A stretch of 64,000 nucleotides of DNA from Camelus ferus (GCF_009834535.1 NC_045697.1:95730001-95794000), one strand, 5' to 3'; counted from the stretch's first letter, positions 24,466 through 38,589 are shown. Translations and numbers: made by a program. The notes: generated from the sequence alone by a model not told the origin.

Positions 24466-25639
24466 AACACATTTTTATCATCTCCCTTATGTGTATAGCT
24501 CATTATTTATTTCAGTTGGCATCTGGGAAGTGTGATGAAAGACATCTTTGTTTAGTACTAATAACAGTCAGGTACAAAGTACTTCAAATTTAATTATAAT
24601 ACAACAGTTGTAGCATGATCAAATGCTCCATTTTTCTTAGTTACCATGATATATTAATAAACTAAAAAGTATTAGTTGCCTTTTCTTTGAAGATAGTTTC
24701 TCGAACTGTGCTTCCTAATCAAGTTATACGTAAAACAAATTCCGGATATTTTCAGTCATGGAATGAAGTACTGGATGACATCAACATTCTGTACAAGGAT
24801 ATTTAATGTTTCTAAGCTGTGCTGTTTTTCTTCATGAAACTTGACACTCAATCAAAACAACTGAGTAAGGGACAAATCTGGAAAGAATTTGTCATAAACA
24901 AATACCATTATAAATCACTGTATGCATTTCTACCTGTCAAGATGATTCATTAGTTATTGTTCCATTTTTAGCTCTGAGCCATTGACATATAATCAAGAAC
25001 CAGGCAGAGAGACTGGATAGTTTGTGAAGCTATGAATCTACCAACATTCCAGTCTGGCCAGTGAAGAGACAAGTTTTCAAAAGACAATGCTTTCTTGCAA
25101 ATGAGCATTTATTGAAAACGAGGGCTCGACTGTTCAATTTAAAAACATCCATTTAATAAACTGGAACAGCAGCAGTATCCTGCCATTATTTCTGCTACCA
25201 TATTCCTAAAGTTTACCTTATGGAACTTCACCAAGTGTGCAGAACCCTGTTAACCAACAGTGTGTTACAGTAAAACAAGATTCTGTTAATAACTGCCTTA
25301 CTCACTCCTTTTAAATCTTTCATCTCCAGATAGGAGTAATCTGAGCTGATTCTACCTTCGATTTTAATGCACAGGCCTTAAATATGTGCCCTTTTTTTCC
25401 TGTACTTTTTGGGGAGAAAGCTTATCTTTAGTTTGAATATTCTTCATATATCATTTCCAGTATTTACCTAAATTGAAACCTTGATTTTTGTATTTCAAAC
25501 TAGCTGCCAATTATTCCCAGAAAGAGCCATTTAAAATCAGATATTCCTGTTCATGCTTTTACATTTAAACAAGATTATCCTCTTGTTTTTATTTTCACTG
25601 AATGCTTAGAAATTTAACTTTATTCACTTTTTAAAAAAT

Positions 25640-26050
25640 TCCCAGCAGGGTTCCAATTTCTCCATGTTTTTTGCAGCAATTATTATTACCTGCCTTTTTG
25701 ATACAGTCATTCTAGTGGGTATGGAGTATTTTCTCACTGTGGGTTTGACTTGCAGTCCTCTGATGCAACTGGTATGTAGTGTCTTTTCATGTGTTTATTG
25801 GTCATCTGTATATCTTCTTTGGAGAAATATGTATTTGGATCATTTACCCATTTTTAAAAATTTAATTATTTTTGTTTTTACCATTCAGTTGTAAGAGTTC
25901 ATTTTACAGTGTAGATACAAGTCTCTTATCAGACATATAATTTACAAATATTTCTCTAAGTCTGTGGGTTGTCCATTTATTTTCTTGATAGTGTTTTTGG
26001 AAGCACAGAACTCCTTAATTTTGTTGAAGTCCATCTGATCTAATTTTTGT
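25640..26050 (-). mobile_element. L1M ORF2 fragment
   Basis: agggttccaatttctcca...ttcatgtgtttattggtcatctgtatatcttctttggagaaat...tctcttatcagacatata. Confidence 0.85.
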
Positions 26051-26153
26051 GTCCTTCAGTACTTCTGAAAATTATTTTAATATATTGTGTGCAGAATCTT
26101 AGATTTATAAAGTTTATTGATGCTATTATGTCTTCTTCCATTTCATTTTTCTA

Positions 26154-26297
26154 CTTATTATTGTATTCCTTAATTATTTTATTTGGTGGGGGGAGGTAAC
26201 TAGTTTTATTTATTTTCAGAGGAGGTACTGGGGATTGAACCCAGGACCTCATGCATGCTAAGCAAGCACTCTACCACTTGAGCTATACCCTCCCCAA
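26154..26297 (-). mobile_element. Camelid tRNA-derived SINE (vic-1-like)
   Basis: ggaggtactggggattgaacccaggacctcatgcatgctaagcaagcactctaccacttgagctataccctcccc; TSD catttcatttttcta (26139-26153) / catttcacttttcta (26298-26312). Confidence 0.9.
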
Positions 26298-27699
26298 CAT
26301 TTCACTTTTCTAAAGGGTTCTTGAATTGAAGCTCTTTTGGTGAAATATCTCTGTTACCTATTACGTACAGGCAGAGGGTTATCCTGCTTGCTTTGCAAAT
26401 AACTTCTCAAAGATTTCTTCTTCTTTCAGTAAATATAGAAAATTAATCAGTAGTTTCCTTAGAGGAATCATAGAACAATCCCTTTTACTTTTATTTTTAA
26501 TGGTTGATAAAATTTCTCCTTTTAACCAAAGGCTAGTAATATTATTGTATTAGTATTTGTATTTTACTCTAAATTTTGTAAATCATTACCACTGAAGAGA
26601 TTAATTAGCTGGCACTGTCCCTTTTCAAGCTTGGTATAAGTATTATTGCATTAAAGGAAAACAAAAAATAATATATATTTTACTAGAGTAAATCATAGTC
26701 AACATATTTAAAACATTCAGAGTATTTGCATAACATCTCATATTATTTCATGTCACTTTAACAGGCATTGAACAATTTGACAATCACGAATACTCAACCA
26801 ATTGGACTAGTCAATGGTTACAATGAGAAAACTGCATTTCAGAGAGATAGTAATAGAGATATTTTAATTCACTTTTCTGTTTTACAGTTTACGATATAAT
26901 TTTGCTGACTGTCTCTCTTGATCCTGTCACTGATTTTCTGAGGTGTTTTGGGGATATTTTAATTTCTAGGGTAACCTAAGGGTTATTTGTTAGCAATAAA
27001 TTACATAGGCATCTAAATAAATATACGTAAAACAAAATTTCATCTTGAGTTCCTAATCAAGTACAGAGTCTTATTTTTGTCATATAGTAAATAATCAGAA
27101 GGTAATGAAGATGATAATTAGACAGCTTCCAGAATATTGAATCATCAAAAAGGAACTATTATTCAGATAGAAAATCATGCCTGTAAATAATTTCAAAAGA
27201 CTATTTACTTGAGTAATAGAAAAATGTTTACTATTCCTTAAATAGGACAAGTCTTCTAACTTACCTAAACCTGGTTACAAAATTCAAATTCCAAATGGAT
27301 GCTTCTGGTCTTAGTGCTGTTGTTCCCCTGACTTGGTCCTTGTCCCTTCTGCCTCAGGAGTTGAAGTTTTTGCTGGTTCCTTCTGCTTATTTCCCCTCCT
27401 TTGTCCACTCAGTCTCTGCATTTAGTTGTTGCTTGCGTAACAATTTACTTTCCTACTTATTTCCATATCATATGGTTGCAACAGCTCACCTCCTGAGTGA
27501 TCCATCTAAAACTATGTTATTCTGTATTTTTATATCTTAGATTCAGAGAGATTCTAAATATATCTTTGCCTTCTCTTTTCCCACTTGGATATATTTTTGA
27601 CACTTACAAAAGTAATTTTTATTTAACTGATTTACTGTCATGCTGGTAACCCGCCTTAAATTGACGGCCCCTTTTACCAGTAAAGAAACTAAAAGAACC

Positions 27700-28361
27700 T
27701 GTTGTGCACTCACCACTTTTAATTGTTAATGTACCCTTATTAACAACACTGGGAACCCATAAAAGATTCAACACTACTGAAGTGGGGAAAAGTAGGAAAC
27801 TAACTAACAAGATGGCTTCCCTGAGGCTAAAGCTGTTTGCTGATTCATTCTGACTTAAAATTCTTACAACTTGTTTTCCTCTTTGTTTTTCCTGACAAAC
27901 CCCCATCTCTGTTTCACTTGCTCAACTACTTTGGTGCTAAGCAGCCTGCAACCTTTCCATTACACTCTCCACTCCCTGTACATTCTTTACCCAGAATAGC
28001 TTACCCTTTAACTCAGAACCTGTGTTCTAGGAAGGTGGTCACAGGCTGACAACCTCAGAGGAATGAACAGACCCTCCAGAGTTTCTCCGTGATGCCAGGT
28101 GGATTCATCAAGATTGAGAAGAATACAGCACCTCACAAAAAGCCCAGGTTTTTGTCCGGTTCTTCCTGTTATGTCCATTTTTTCTATAAAACCTCAGGAC
28201 CCCAACCCCAAGATGGATTCACAGTCTCTAAGGCATTAATATTTTGTGACTCCCCTTTGCCTGGCAAAGCAATAAAGCTGTTTTTTTTCTGATTCTCCCA
28301 AAACTCTACCTCTGAGCCTCAACTTGACTATAGGGGTACAATGGCTGGTTCTTTGTCAACA
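27700..28361 (+). mobile_element. ERV1-type solo LTR (5' boundary uncertain)
   Basis: tgttg...caaca termini; TATA ctataaaa near 28184; cctggcaaagcaataaagc poly(A) signal at 28271; U5-like cccaaaactctacctctgag; no TSD resolved. Confidence 0.7.
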
Positions 28362-28364
28362 GCG

Positions 28365-29075
28365 GCAGAAAATGAAAAATAACAGAGCCTTAATACAAAT
28401 AAAAGATTATGTCTCTTTCACCTAAAAGAAACCTAGAGGTAGACAAGCCAAGTGTGGTATACTGGCCTGGCTCCACAAACCCTACAGGACCCAGACTACA
28501 AATGACCCTTGAACAGCTTGGGGTAAGGGGACCCAGCCTCTGCACAGCTGAATATCTGTGCATAATTCAGAGCAGGCCCTCGGTATCTGAGGTTCCTCAG
28601 AAGCCACAGATCAACAATGAAGGATCAACCAACTACAGATCGTGGAGTAGAGTGGTATTTAGTATTGGAAAAGTATCTGCATATAAGTGGACCTGCACAG
28701 TTCAAACCCTGTTGTTCAAGGGTCAACTGTACTGTCAATTCTCCAATATATAATCCCTAAGAAACGGATTTTATCCTCATGGTCCAAGAAGAATGCTGGA
28801 GTACCAGTCATCGTATCTGCTGTATACTTTAAAGTCAGAAGCAGAGGTGAAGAGTGCAGGCTTTCCTTTAAAAGCTCTTCCAGGAAATTGTACAACAAAC
28901 TTTCACATATAAGAGAGCAGCTGAATCTTAAACAGGGACCAGACATAGATGCAAGAGAACCTAAAGAAAGCAGTGTTTTACTTGGGCAGCAATTCTTTAA
29001 CCTAAAAAATAAAGTTCTTATCACTGAAGAAGAATAGAAGAATGGACTTTTGAAAGGAATGGCACTTCTGCCACA
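28365..29075 (-). mobile_element. MaLR LTR (MLT1K/L-like) split by a Tigger MITE
   Basis: agaaacctagaggtagacaag...ggctccac...ggacccaga | cctcatggtccaagaagaatgctggag...terminal ctgccaca. Confidence 0.65.
28499..28729. mobile_element. Tc1/mariner Tigger1a-type MITE
   Basis: TIRs caaatgacccttgaaca... and ...tgttcaagggtcaactg; TA TSD at 28497-28498 and 28730-28731. Confidence 0.9.
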
Positions 29076-29089
29076 GTCCTATTGTTTTG

Positions 29090-29200
29090 CTTTTTTCAGG
29101 AAAGGAAACCAAGGCTCATAGATATTCAAATATTCATGCAATTTTACACAACTGAGTGGTATCAATTCATTTTGAATTTAGGATGCTCTGACTACACAGA
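29090..29200 (-). mobile_element. MIR fragment
   Basis: aggaaaccaaggctcataga...tttgaatttagg...tctgactacacag. Confidence 0.55.
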
Positions 29201-29672
29201 CATTTTCTTCTTTCTTTCTCTCTCTCTCTCTCTCTTTTTAACAAGTTGCTCTTATTTCTGCAGCATGCAATCTCCTATTTCCAGGTAAATTTTGAATACA
29301 TTATGAATAACCTATATTTTATTTCTTACTTGCTTTTCATCTCATCATATTTATATTTATATTTCGTTAGTATATTTTTAATCAGAGAGAATCTAGTACC
29401 ATTCATTGAAAAACTCAGATGCTGTCACATGCTGCTTTTTCTCCCATAAATTCTACTACTTGGATATTTTTTCTATTCAACGTACTTGTATTCAGCCATC
29501 TTTGGGAACTATCTTGTTTAGATTCACCAGGAAAAAGAATTATTTCCTCCATTGTATGCCCTACCTCACAGAGCACTTAAACTTTTTATAGTTATGATTA
29601 TTTTATAGGTCAACTTCCACCATTAATCTCTTTCCATTTCTAGGGCATACAAAGTATTTGCCACATAGAAGT

Positions 29673-30055
29673 TGCTTGGAGCTGACTGTGCCTACCCCCA
29701 AAATCATATGTTGAAGCCCTAGCCCCACTGTACCATAGAATTTGAGTGTTTTTGGAAATTGGGTCTTTAGGGAAGTGACTAAGTTAAAATGAGGCCATTA
29801 GGATGGGCTTTAATTCATTCTGACTGGTGTCATAATAAGAGGAAATTTGGACACAGAAAGAGATGATGGGCTCTCACACACAGAGGACAGATCGTGTGAG
29901 AACACAGCTAGAAGGCAGCCACCTGCAAGCCAAGGGCCTTGCCAGTACCTTGGCCTGAGCCTTTTAGCCTTCAAAACTATGAGGAAATAAATTTCTGTTG
30001 TTTAAAGCATTCTATCTGTGGTATTTCGTTATGGCAACTCTAGCAAATTGATACA
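29673..30055 (+). mobile_element. MaLR solo LTR (MLT1B-like), inserted in an L2 3' tail
   Basis: ccccaaaatcatatgttgaagcccta...aagttaaaatgaggccattaggatggg...aataaatttctgttgtttaaagc...gcaaattgataca; flanks read as the L2 tail (cacatagaagt | ...aataagtatttagttaa). Confidence 0.85.
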
Positions 30056-30423
30056 AAAACCATTTAATAAGTATTTAGTTAATAAAATGCTTACTAAAAA
30101 TCTTTACTTGAGAAGAGAGGATATTTACATTTAAAAAAAAAGTAAGCTTATTACTCTAAATATATGTAACGGGAACAAAAAAATCAGGATACCTTTTTTA
30201 AGTGCATCACTCCTGTTGACTAGAATGGCATATAAGAACCTGGAATACATGCTTTCTTAAAAGTTCACGTTGCACATTATAATACAAATATTAAAAAACC
30301 TTCATCTTACCTAATGGACAGTATTGAACACACTAACCTCTTTTTAACTCTGGACCGTAAAGTAGACCTTCAGCTATGTTGCCTGATAATTACATTTTAA
30401 AATTTAAGCACGTCCAAGTCAGG

Positions 30424-30598
30424 CAGGAGTAGCTACAAAATTTTTGAGGCTCAGTGCAAGTGAGAATATGGGACCCCATGGACAAAAAGCATCAAGAATT
30501 TCAACATGGCGACAGCAGGGTGCTGAGTCACACTAAGCCCTTCTGAGGGTGGAGCCCCATGTGACAGCACAGCTTGCTCATCCTTGAAGCTGACACTG
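30424..30598 (-). mobile_element. hAT-Tip100 MITE MER45A
   Basis: caggagtagctacaaaattt...cagtgcaa...aagaatttcaacatggcgacagcag...cccttctgag...tgaagctgacactg aligns end to end with the recalled MER45A reverse complement. Confidence 0.85.
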
Positions 30599-31584
30599 AC
30601 GCTTCATGGTTGTGGACTAAGACAGACATTTATTCTCAATGAACAGCACATTCCTTTCCTTTGGAGGCTCCTGAGCCTGCTGCTAACTGGTGCTGATTGC
30701 CTCTAAGGTGCCTTTTCCCAGCATTATATTCCTTGCAAGCCATTTCCAAACAAACATCCTTTCTCAAAGAACCTCATGCTATTTCTCCAGGGTCTTTGAG
30801 GATGCCCCAATTACCCATATTTCCCTCAGCCATAGGGAATGTGTGCGAGTCTGCATGTAAAATACAAACACAAACTTCACCAGCCATGTGTTCTACAAGT
30901 ATAAAACAAATTAGATGGTATATAGAAAGTCATAATTTAGATGAATTCTGTGCTTTAAAAAAAAACAAATTATGTTTTTCATTTTATCTGTTTTTTGAAT
31001 ATTCAACAACTTGCTAAATTAATTTGAAGTCAGAAAACTATTACACTAATTTGCATTTTTAACTCAGGAAATTTTTTTGAAGTACAGCATCTCTCTCTGC
31101 CAAGTGCAATGCTGTTCTCAGAGTCGCAGGGCTCTGCAAGACTCATTGCCAATCGCTTATAAGCTGCTGCAAAATTGAAAATCCTCACAAAGAGTTCCAC
31201 CAACAAAATCCTTAATGCTCTGATTATGAAATAGGAACACCTTTAAAGTGTTTTACCTCAAAAAAAAAAAAAGAACAAAAAAGAGAGAAAGAAAGACATA
31301 GTGATTTTGCACATGATTTTCAGAAATAAATTATCTGGCAATGCGGGTAAGCTTCTCTGAAAGCTGCTTTCTCGTAGTTATGAGATTTTATGCACCCAAC
31401 TACAATGAAAACAAGAGACCCTCAACCATAGGAACTGAGGAAAAGTGGTATTTTGTGAAAATAGGTTTTTTATTATTTTTAAGTTATAACATATAACAAT
31501 AAACCTAAAAGTGACATTTTAAAGATGTAGTCTATTGCACATATATAAACATTTCTATCACTGTGGTTGGAATATATGTAATTC

Positions 31585-31960
31585 TCATATTGTGCTCTAA
31601 GAAAGAAATGTCAAACTTGAACAAAATTGGCTTTAAAAATAAAAGGATTGATTATTTTATTTTAAATAAGTCCAGAGATCAGATGGACATCAGGGCCAGC
31701 CAGTTAGGGCACTGGTTCTGGCGTTCCAGGACTCTCCGGGTTCGGCCATCCTCCCTGATTATGGTGAGACAGCCGTAGCTGGGCCAGGAGCAACACCAAA
31801 ACACCAGAAGGACAGAGGGCCATTTCCTTTACCTTCACTATCTCCTCATTGGAACAACTGGAACTAGGAGATCTTCCCCAGGAGGCTTGCAGCAGAGTTC
31901 CTGAGTGGAATCAGGGATTCATAAAGCAATCATTACTAAGATCAAGCTAATTTCACTGGA
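31585..31960 (-). mobile_element. MaLR LTR (MLT1K/L-like)
   Basis: aaattggctttaaaaataaaagg...aagtccagag...ttccccaggaggcttgcagcaga. Confidence 0.5.
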
Positions 31961-31964
31961 GTGG

Positions 31965-32337
31965 GTATTTCTCAGTCCATGTGCTCTAGGTTATGTTACA
32001 GTTTCAATTCAAAGTCTTATTGGGCACCAATTAAAAAATATGGCTTTTCTACACTGAACGGCAACCCTGGTTCAGCGTCAGCTCTCCCTCACATCATCCT
32101 CAGGTGGGGCCTGGAGCTAAGGCAGCAGCGCCTGTGTGAGAAGTGGCAGCGTGGGAAGGGGAGCGAGGGCCAGCTACAGGCTGCCTCTTAAGCCAGAAGT
32201 GCACACTTCCCTTTGCTTTTTCTTGCCTAAAGCCTGTCACATACCCAGGCCTGACCTCTTTCTCAAAGAGAGACCCCATAAATAGGGGCCTGATGGGAAA
32301 GATAATTCATATTTTGACAACAGGCAAATATACCACG
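31965..32337 (-). mobile_element. MaLR LTR (MLT1I/J-like)
   Basis: ctaggttatgttacagt...ctcttaagccagaagtgcacacttcc...aagcctgtcacatacccaggcctgac...tatacca. Confidence 0.55.
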
Positions 32338-35042
32338 ATATTTCAGGGTGGGAGGAACTCATTAGCGTTTTCTTTCCTTTATAAGCTTTGAAGGAAATAG
32401 TTTCTTGATTTTTTGTTTGTTATTTGTTTAACATCTAGGATTTCTCCTTGTCGATATTAGTGGCTTATCACTAGTGGTTAAACAGAATTAAAAGTATATA
32501 AAAAGAATTATTTTATGTATTCTCTACCAAAGTTGTGTCTATTTTTCATATGATGTCATTGTATTTTGCATGTTTCTACTAAGAGATATTCCTTTTACTA
32601 TTAAACCATTTCATCTACCTCCTTTTCCTTCATCATTAAAATATCTATATGCGTAGCATCATTTTGGGAAAGAAGTAAAATGCATATTTCTTGATGACAC
32701 ACTCATTAATTAGAAATCATGAGATATTTACAAAATAAAAAACATAAGAATAACTGCAAACAATGAGTGAATTTAGCAAGGTCTCTATAGAATGAGGAAA
32801 AGCTGAGTGTGTGTCCTGCATTCTAGCTGAGGGCCATCTTTGACTTCAAGCAAAATTCATGGTTTAGGATTATTCCTGTTTTTATGCTATTTGCTTAGGA
32901 TCTCAATAACTATCAGAAAAACGTTTTCCTGAGAACAGTGCAGGCAAATGTTGTGGTTTGTTATCTGGTCAAAATTCACTGAGGGGTAGGAGGTACATAG
33001 CCAAAAAGAAAGAAAAAGGGGAGACAATTGAAGGCAAAGGGAGTTTTCCCAACTGGTGACCGTCCAGCACGGCCGTTTAGTCATTTACAGTCTCTGGGAG
33101 TGACACAGGTTATGGAGGAGCTCATAACTGAATTAAGCAAAGTGCCCAGTTTTTCAGGAGGAGGACATATTTTAGGACTAGAGTTAGGAAACAAACTCTA
33201 ATAAGTATCATCTACATTAATTTTTTTTCCCTAAATGTTGTTATTCATTTTCAATTTTCCCTATCATTTTCAGGTTTAAGCTGATTAAGCATGGTGATTA
33301 TTCAGGTCAGAGAATCTTGTTTTGTCAGATTCCCCTCTTCTTGGAGAATTTATAGTAATTAGCAAATATCCACCCCAAATAAGGGAAGGAATTATAAGTA
33401 AGTCTCATAAAAAAAAACTTCAGCCTGGGAAGGTGGAAGATGAGAAAGCAAATTTGCTTGCTTGTTCTCACTCTCCCTGCAAGTCTGTTTCATTTATTTC
33501 TCTCTGCATAACTTCTTCCTTGGCTGATGTAACTGCCTGTTCAGGTTTTTAACAAGGATGTTCCAAAATGGTAGCTTTAGACTCTAAGTCTACATGATTT
33601 TTTTCTGTGTAGAATCTACCACATTCAAACCCATTTTCTTATCAACTGCATATTCCTGTGAAAGGAAATTACCAGGTTAAATCTGATGTCTCTCTCTCTT
33701 ATAAGCAATATAATTGGGGTGTGGAGTGGTGTTGTATGTAATCTCACCTGCCTTCTGCAGACAAGGTAAAGGTTAGCTCTGAAGAGACATTGTGGATGTG
33801 CAGGGGAAGGAAGTGGTTGTAATGGGAGGCCATTCATTCTAATTGAATAGGCTGATGCTCATAATGAGTGAGAGGTAAAGTGCTCTGCTATATTCATGGT
33901 ATATAAGGTTTTATGTACAGTGAGAGATCACTTGGTAGTAAGCACAGGTAAGGAGATACGTCCTTAGCCTGTATTATGCCAACCACACCAGTGAAGTGGT
34001 CAACCAATTAATGATAAATTGTTTCTTACTTTTTTTCTTTATTGATTTTAAGTAAAATGGTTCATTATAATTTAGGTTATATGAAAATCAAAGGTTGTTA
34101 ATGGTTTGACGTTTCAAAGATTTGTGCTGGTATTATGGAAGCACCATTTAGACAGTTAAAATCAACGGGATGGAGACGAAAATGAGAGTGAATTTTCCAT
34201 GTATTCAAAGACTTGGCAATTTCATGAAAACCAGTAAAAAGAGGCAGAATAAAGAGGAGAGAAGGGGAAGAAGTTGGGAAGAAGACGTCTGTGTGGTTCA
34301 TTACAGTACAAGACATTGAGAGGAAAGAAGAGATGTAAAAAACAGAAAATAAGAAGAAACACTTTGATGGTGGAAGACTGGAAAATATCACCAAAATCCT
34401 AATTTCCAAAAAGGTCATTTTCTTTTCCGCTCCAAGACTTCTTTCTTTAAAGACAAAATTTAGCCTCAAATAGAATGTGAATAGTACAGTAATCAAGGAT
34501 GAAAGCTTCCCATGTGGGACTGGGGGACATTTGTCCCAATTGCTTCCAGGAGCCAAAAAGGTAATGTATATGCCTGATACAGCCACACAGATAAAAAGAA
34601 TGCTCAAGCCACAGGAGAGTACAGCCCCAACATGATGATATTAATAACGACAACAAAAATCATCAAAATACTACTTTCCTGGCACCTCCCCCGACAGCAA
34701 AACATATCTGAGGGCATTTGAGAACCCCCAGATGCAGTGGGAAAAGGACTGAGTGTGATTTTTCCCATATTTCCTGCATTAAAATCCTCCCTCCCAAATC
34801 AGGGACGACCTTCTTGGTCCTTACTTGGGCATACTGCATAGAGAGGGCATCCATTTTCAAAAACACTGCTGTAGTTTTAGCTTGTATGTCTCATATTTAT
34901 TGTACTTATTTATATTTTGAAATGTTGGCACTTTCTATATGCTTTCCTTGAGAAAATTAATTTCTTATCATTAGGAAAGCAAGACAATGAGAATTAACCA
35001 CATGTACTAAGCTAGTATTTTCTGTCTATAAAATTCAAAGTT

Positions 35043-35071
35043 CACACACACACACACACATGCACACACAC
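35043..35071 (+). repeat. (CA)n interrupted microsatellite
   Basis: Read directly. Confidence 0.9.
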
Positions 35072-35979
35072 ATGAGAAATAGAAAACAGCTTCAATCCAC
35101 TAGCTGCAGTATATCTGAAGCTCAGCTGATAATTGAATTTTATGGGCTCTAACTTTTTCTTGGATGATGAATATTCCATACACGAAAATAATAATTATAA
35201 AGTAAATGAAATAATTACTTAAGCGAAGCACAAACTGATATAATTCCCTTTTGGCTCAAATGAATATGCCAGTATACATAAAAGCCTTTATGGAAAGAAT
35301 ATTACTTTGTGAAAAAGAAAGATTTAAAAATAGAATGTTATTATGATTCATAATAAGAAAATTATCAAAATGATTTTGAGAAAAGGTGAGCTCAATTTTT
35401 GTGATTTTTTTAAACTTACAGCCTATAATAAATAGGGTTTAAGATTAAAATTATCCAGAGCTGTTTGAGATGCTTTAATTGTTGATTCTTTTTTTAAGTA
35501 GATCTTAGACAGAAATTTAAGACAGGATGTAGACCTTTAGGATTTAAAAAATTTAAAGACAGTTAAATTTCACCTTTAAATGGATGATTAACTAATACAC
35601 ATTTCTATTATTATGACGTTCTGAGCTTCATTTCTATATTTAAATGCCACCTAAACATATTCACATAGATCTATTACCATCTTCTTAAAAACTAATCCTG
35701 TAATATTTCCCCCCAAATAGCTATGCTTTCTGTCCCTCATAAAAACTCAAATGGTGCATTTAATATAAAGATTCATATCAATAATTATTAAACATTTTCT
35801 TCTTCCACTTCTATTAGTTCCTATACAAATATATTAAATGGTTGCCCCTTATTTTATGTTTAGAGATAGATGTTACAGTCATCTGGAATAGACCATTTTG
35901 TTTAGGGAAAAATTTATTGAATCCTTCCTGTTACTTGAGTAAATTTAAAGAGAGGAGGCAGCAATTATTATGGGATCAT

Positions 35980-38578
35980 AAGACAAAAATATATATATAT
36001 TTGTAAAATACACATCTGATAAAGAATTTGCTTCCAAAATATAGATAGAACTCTTAAAACTTAGCAATAAGAAAACATACAACCAAATTAAAACATAAAC
36101 AAAAGCTCACCAAAGAATATATATATATATACATATATATATATGTATATATATATATATATGTATATATATGTCAAATATGTTCATCCTCTGTTATTAG
36201 GCAGTTGCAAATTAAGTCAGAGATAGCACTACATACCTGTTAGAATGGCTAACATCTAAAAAACTGACAATCCAAATGCTAGTGAGGATTCAGAGCAACA
36301 GAAACTTTCATTCACTGCTGGTAGCAGTGCAAAATTGCACAGCCGCTTTGGAAGACAGTTTGGCAGTTACAGAGCTAAATGTAGTATCATCATATGAACA
36401 ATCACACTCCAAGGCATTTACCCAATTGAGCTGAAAACCTATGACCACACACACACACACACACACAAATTAAAATAAATGCTTACAGCAACTTTTTCCA
36501 TAATTGCCCAAAACCAGAAGCAACCATGATGCCCTCCAACACATACATGTTTTAACAAATTGTAGTACATCCATACAACAAACTAACATTCAGCAATATA
36601 AAACAATGAGTTACAAAGCCAGGTAAGAATATGGAAGGACCTTCAATGCATACTTCTACTGAAAGTAGCCACTATGAAAAAGCTACCTAAGGTATGACTC
36701 CAATTACATAACATTCTGGAAAAGGCAAAACTACAGACTCAGTAAAGAAAAAAAAGTCAGCAGAACTATAGAAGCACTGGTTGCCAGGGATTCAGGGAAG
36801 GGAAGAAGGGAGAGATAAAAAGGTGGAACATATGGGATTTAAGGTGGTCTCAGTATTCTGTATGATACTGTAATTATGGACACATGACATTATTAATTTC
36901 TAAAATCAATAGAACTTTAAAGCATAATGAGGGACCCTTAATATATGAAATTTAAAAAAAATCACTTAGAAGGTTAGGAGATACCAGGAAAGTATGCAGT
37001 CTATGACAAGAGAATCTAACAGTACAATAAATATATGAAACAACCTCACTGAAGGGGTCAGGGAGAAATGCACTGACCTAGTTAACTCTGGAAATAAATC
37101 GAGTCAGTAAGATTAAAGACAAAAGGAACTGCACACAAGTACCATACTGTACTGGATAAAGATGTTTTGGCCTTATGGGTTAACAGTTCAGACACTGCTA
37201 TACATGTATGCAGAAACTGAACAAATAAATGAATGGCAGGTAAGGGTCAGTTTTCTCATTGTTGAGTGGGAATTTATGAAACAGCAAGGGGAGAAAGCTA
37301 GAATTATTCAATGTATTATAGGGTAATAGACTAGAGTTGAAGATATCTGTAAGAACTCATTTAACTTAGTATAGATACAGATGGCTGTATATAGACATCT
37401 TTAGAAATATGTATATATACTTGGACTACAGCGCACACATATATTTCCTTGCTCTGTCAGCTAAGAGGGCCTAAAAGAAATGACAACCAATAGCAATGAG
37501 TAAGCCTACTGTATTAAAGCTGGCTTCTCATGTCATTGTCCAACTAAAGGAGCAGTAAGCACTCTTGGGAGAAATGGGTGATTATAGGAAAAGAACAAGA
37601 AATATACAAGATGAGCCTGGAGCATCTTTTAGCACAGATGAGTAAGGAAGCCTTCGAAACAACAATAACAACAACAAATAAACAAAAAATCACAATGATG
37701 GAAGTATATTAAAAGGCACAGGAACCAACTAAAATAACTCCCAATAGCCAAAGCTGGAACAATTTGAACAACAAAATAAGTAAAATCATATTGGATTATA
37801 ACCCAAAGTATAAAATTATATCTATGAGTCTACCCTGATATAAATCAATGATTGAATAAATTAATAAATGGGATGGGAGAGAAAATGTCCCATTCAGAAA
37901 AATCCCAAATCAATGATGTAGATAATCAACTCTAAAGGAGTGGAAGCATAACTCCCCATTGCTTAAGCTGTGCTTTCACAGAATATATTATTCAAAGGGG
38001 GGAAAAAGTAACTTTACAGGGAAGAGACCTGACAAACACTTTGTCAACCAGAAGATCAGAGTTTCCATTGATAGTGATGTCATGTTGAAAGTATGTATGC
38101 TTAATTTGATGTGATGAAAATGACTCTTTACCTCTGTGGTCTTCCTCTTAAGAAAACATAACCCCAATCTAATTATAAAAATTCCAGTAGAGGGGCATCT
38201 TACCATATCCCTGATCAATATTCCTCAAAACTAATAAGATTATCCAAAACAAGGAAAGTTTGTGAAATCTGTTGCAGCCAAGAAGAGCCTAGGAAGACAT
38301 GACAACTAAATGTAATGGAGTATCTTGGTTGGGATCCTGGAACAGAAAAAGGACATTAGGCTAAAAATAAGGAATCCTGAATAAACTATGGACTTTAGTT
38401 AACAATAACGCATCAACAATGGTTCATTGATTGTTAACAAGTATACTGTACTAATGTAAGGTATTAGTGAAAAGGAAAACTGTGTGTGGGTAGGAAGAAT
38501 AATATGAGAACACTGTAATATCTGCTCAATTTTTCTGTATATTAAAACTTCTAAAAGTAAAGTCCAGTCTATTAAAAA
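35980..38578 (+). mobile_element. L1MC3/L1MD2-type element: ORF2 3' end plus long 3' UTR; contains (TA)n 36117-36172 and (CA)n 36447-36467
   Basis: acatctgataaagaatttg; ctttggaagacagtttggcagtt; ttccttgctctgtcagctaagagggccta; aaatatacaagatgagcctggagcatctt; gggatcctggaacagaaaaaggacattagg; terminal ctgctcaatttttctgta. Confidence 0.9.
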
Positions 38579-38589
38579 GTACACAATTT

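Noticed and set aside
34098..34607. Longest ORF (169 aa, hydrophobic, membrane-like)
   Set aside because: Non-ATG start; F/L/S richness comes from the antisense of a purine-rich tract; no domain recognised
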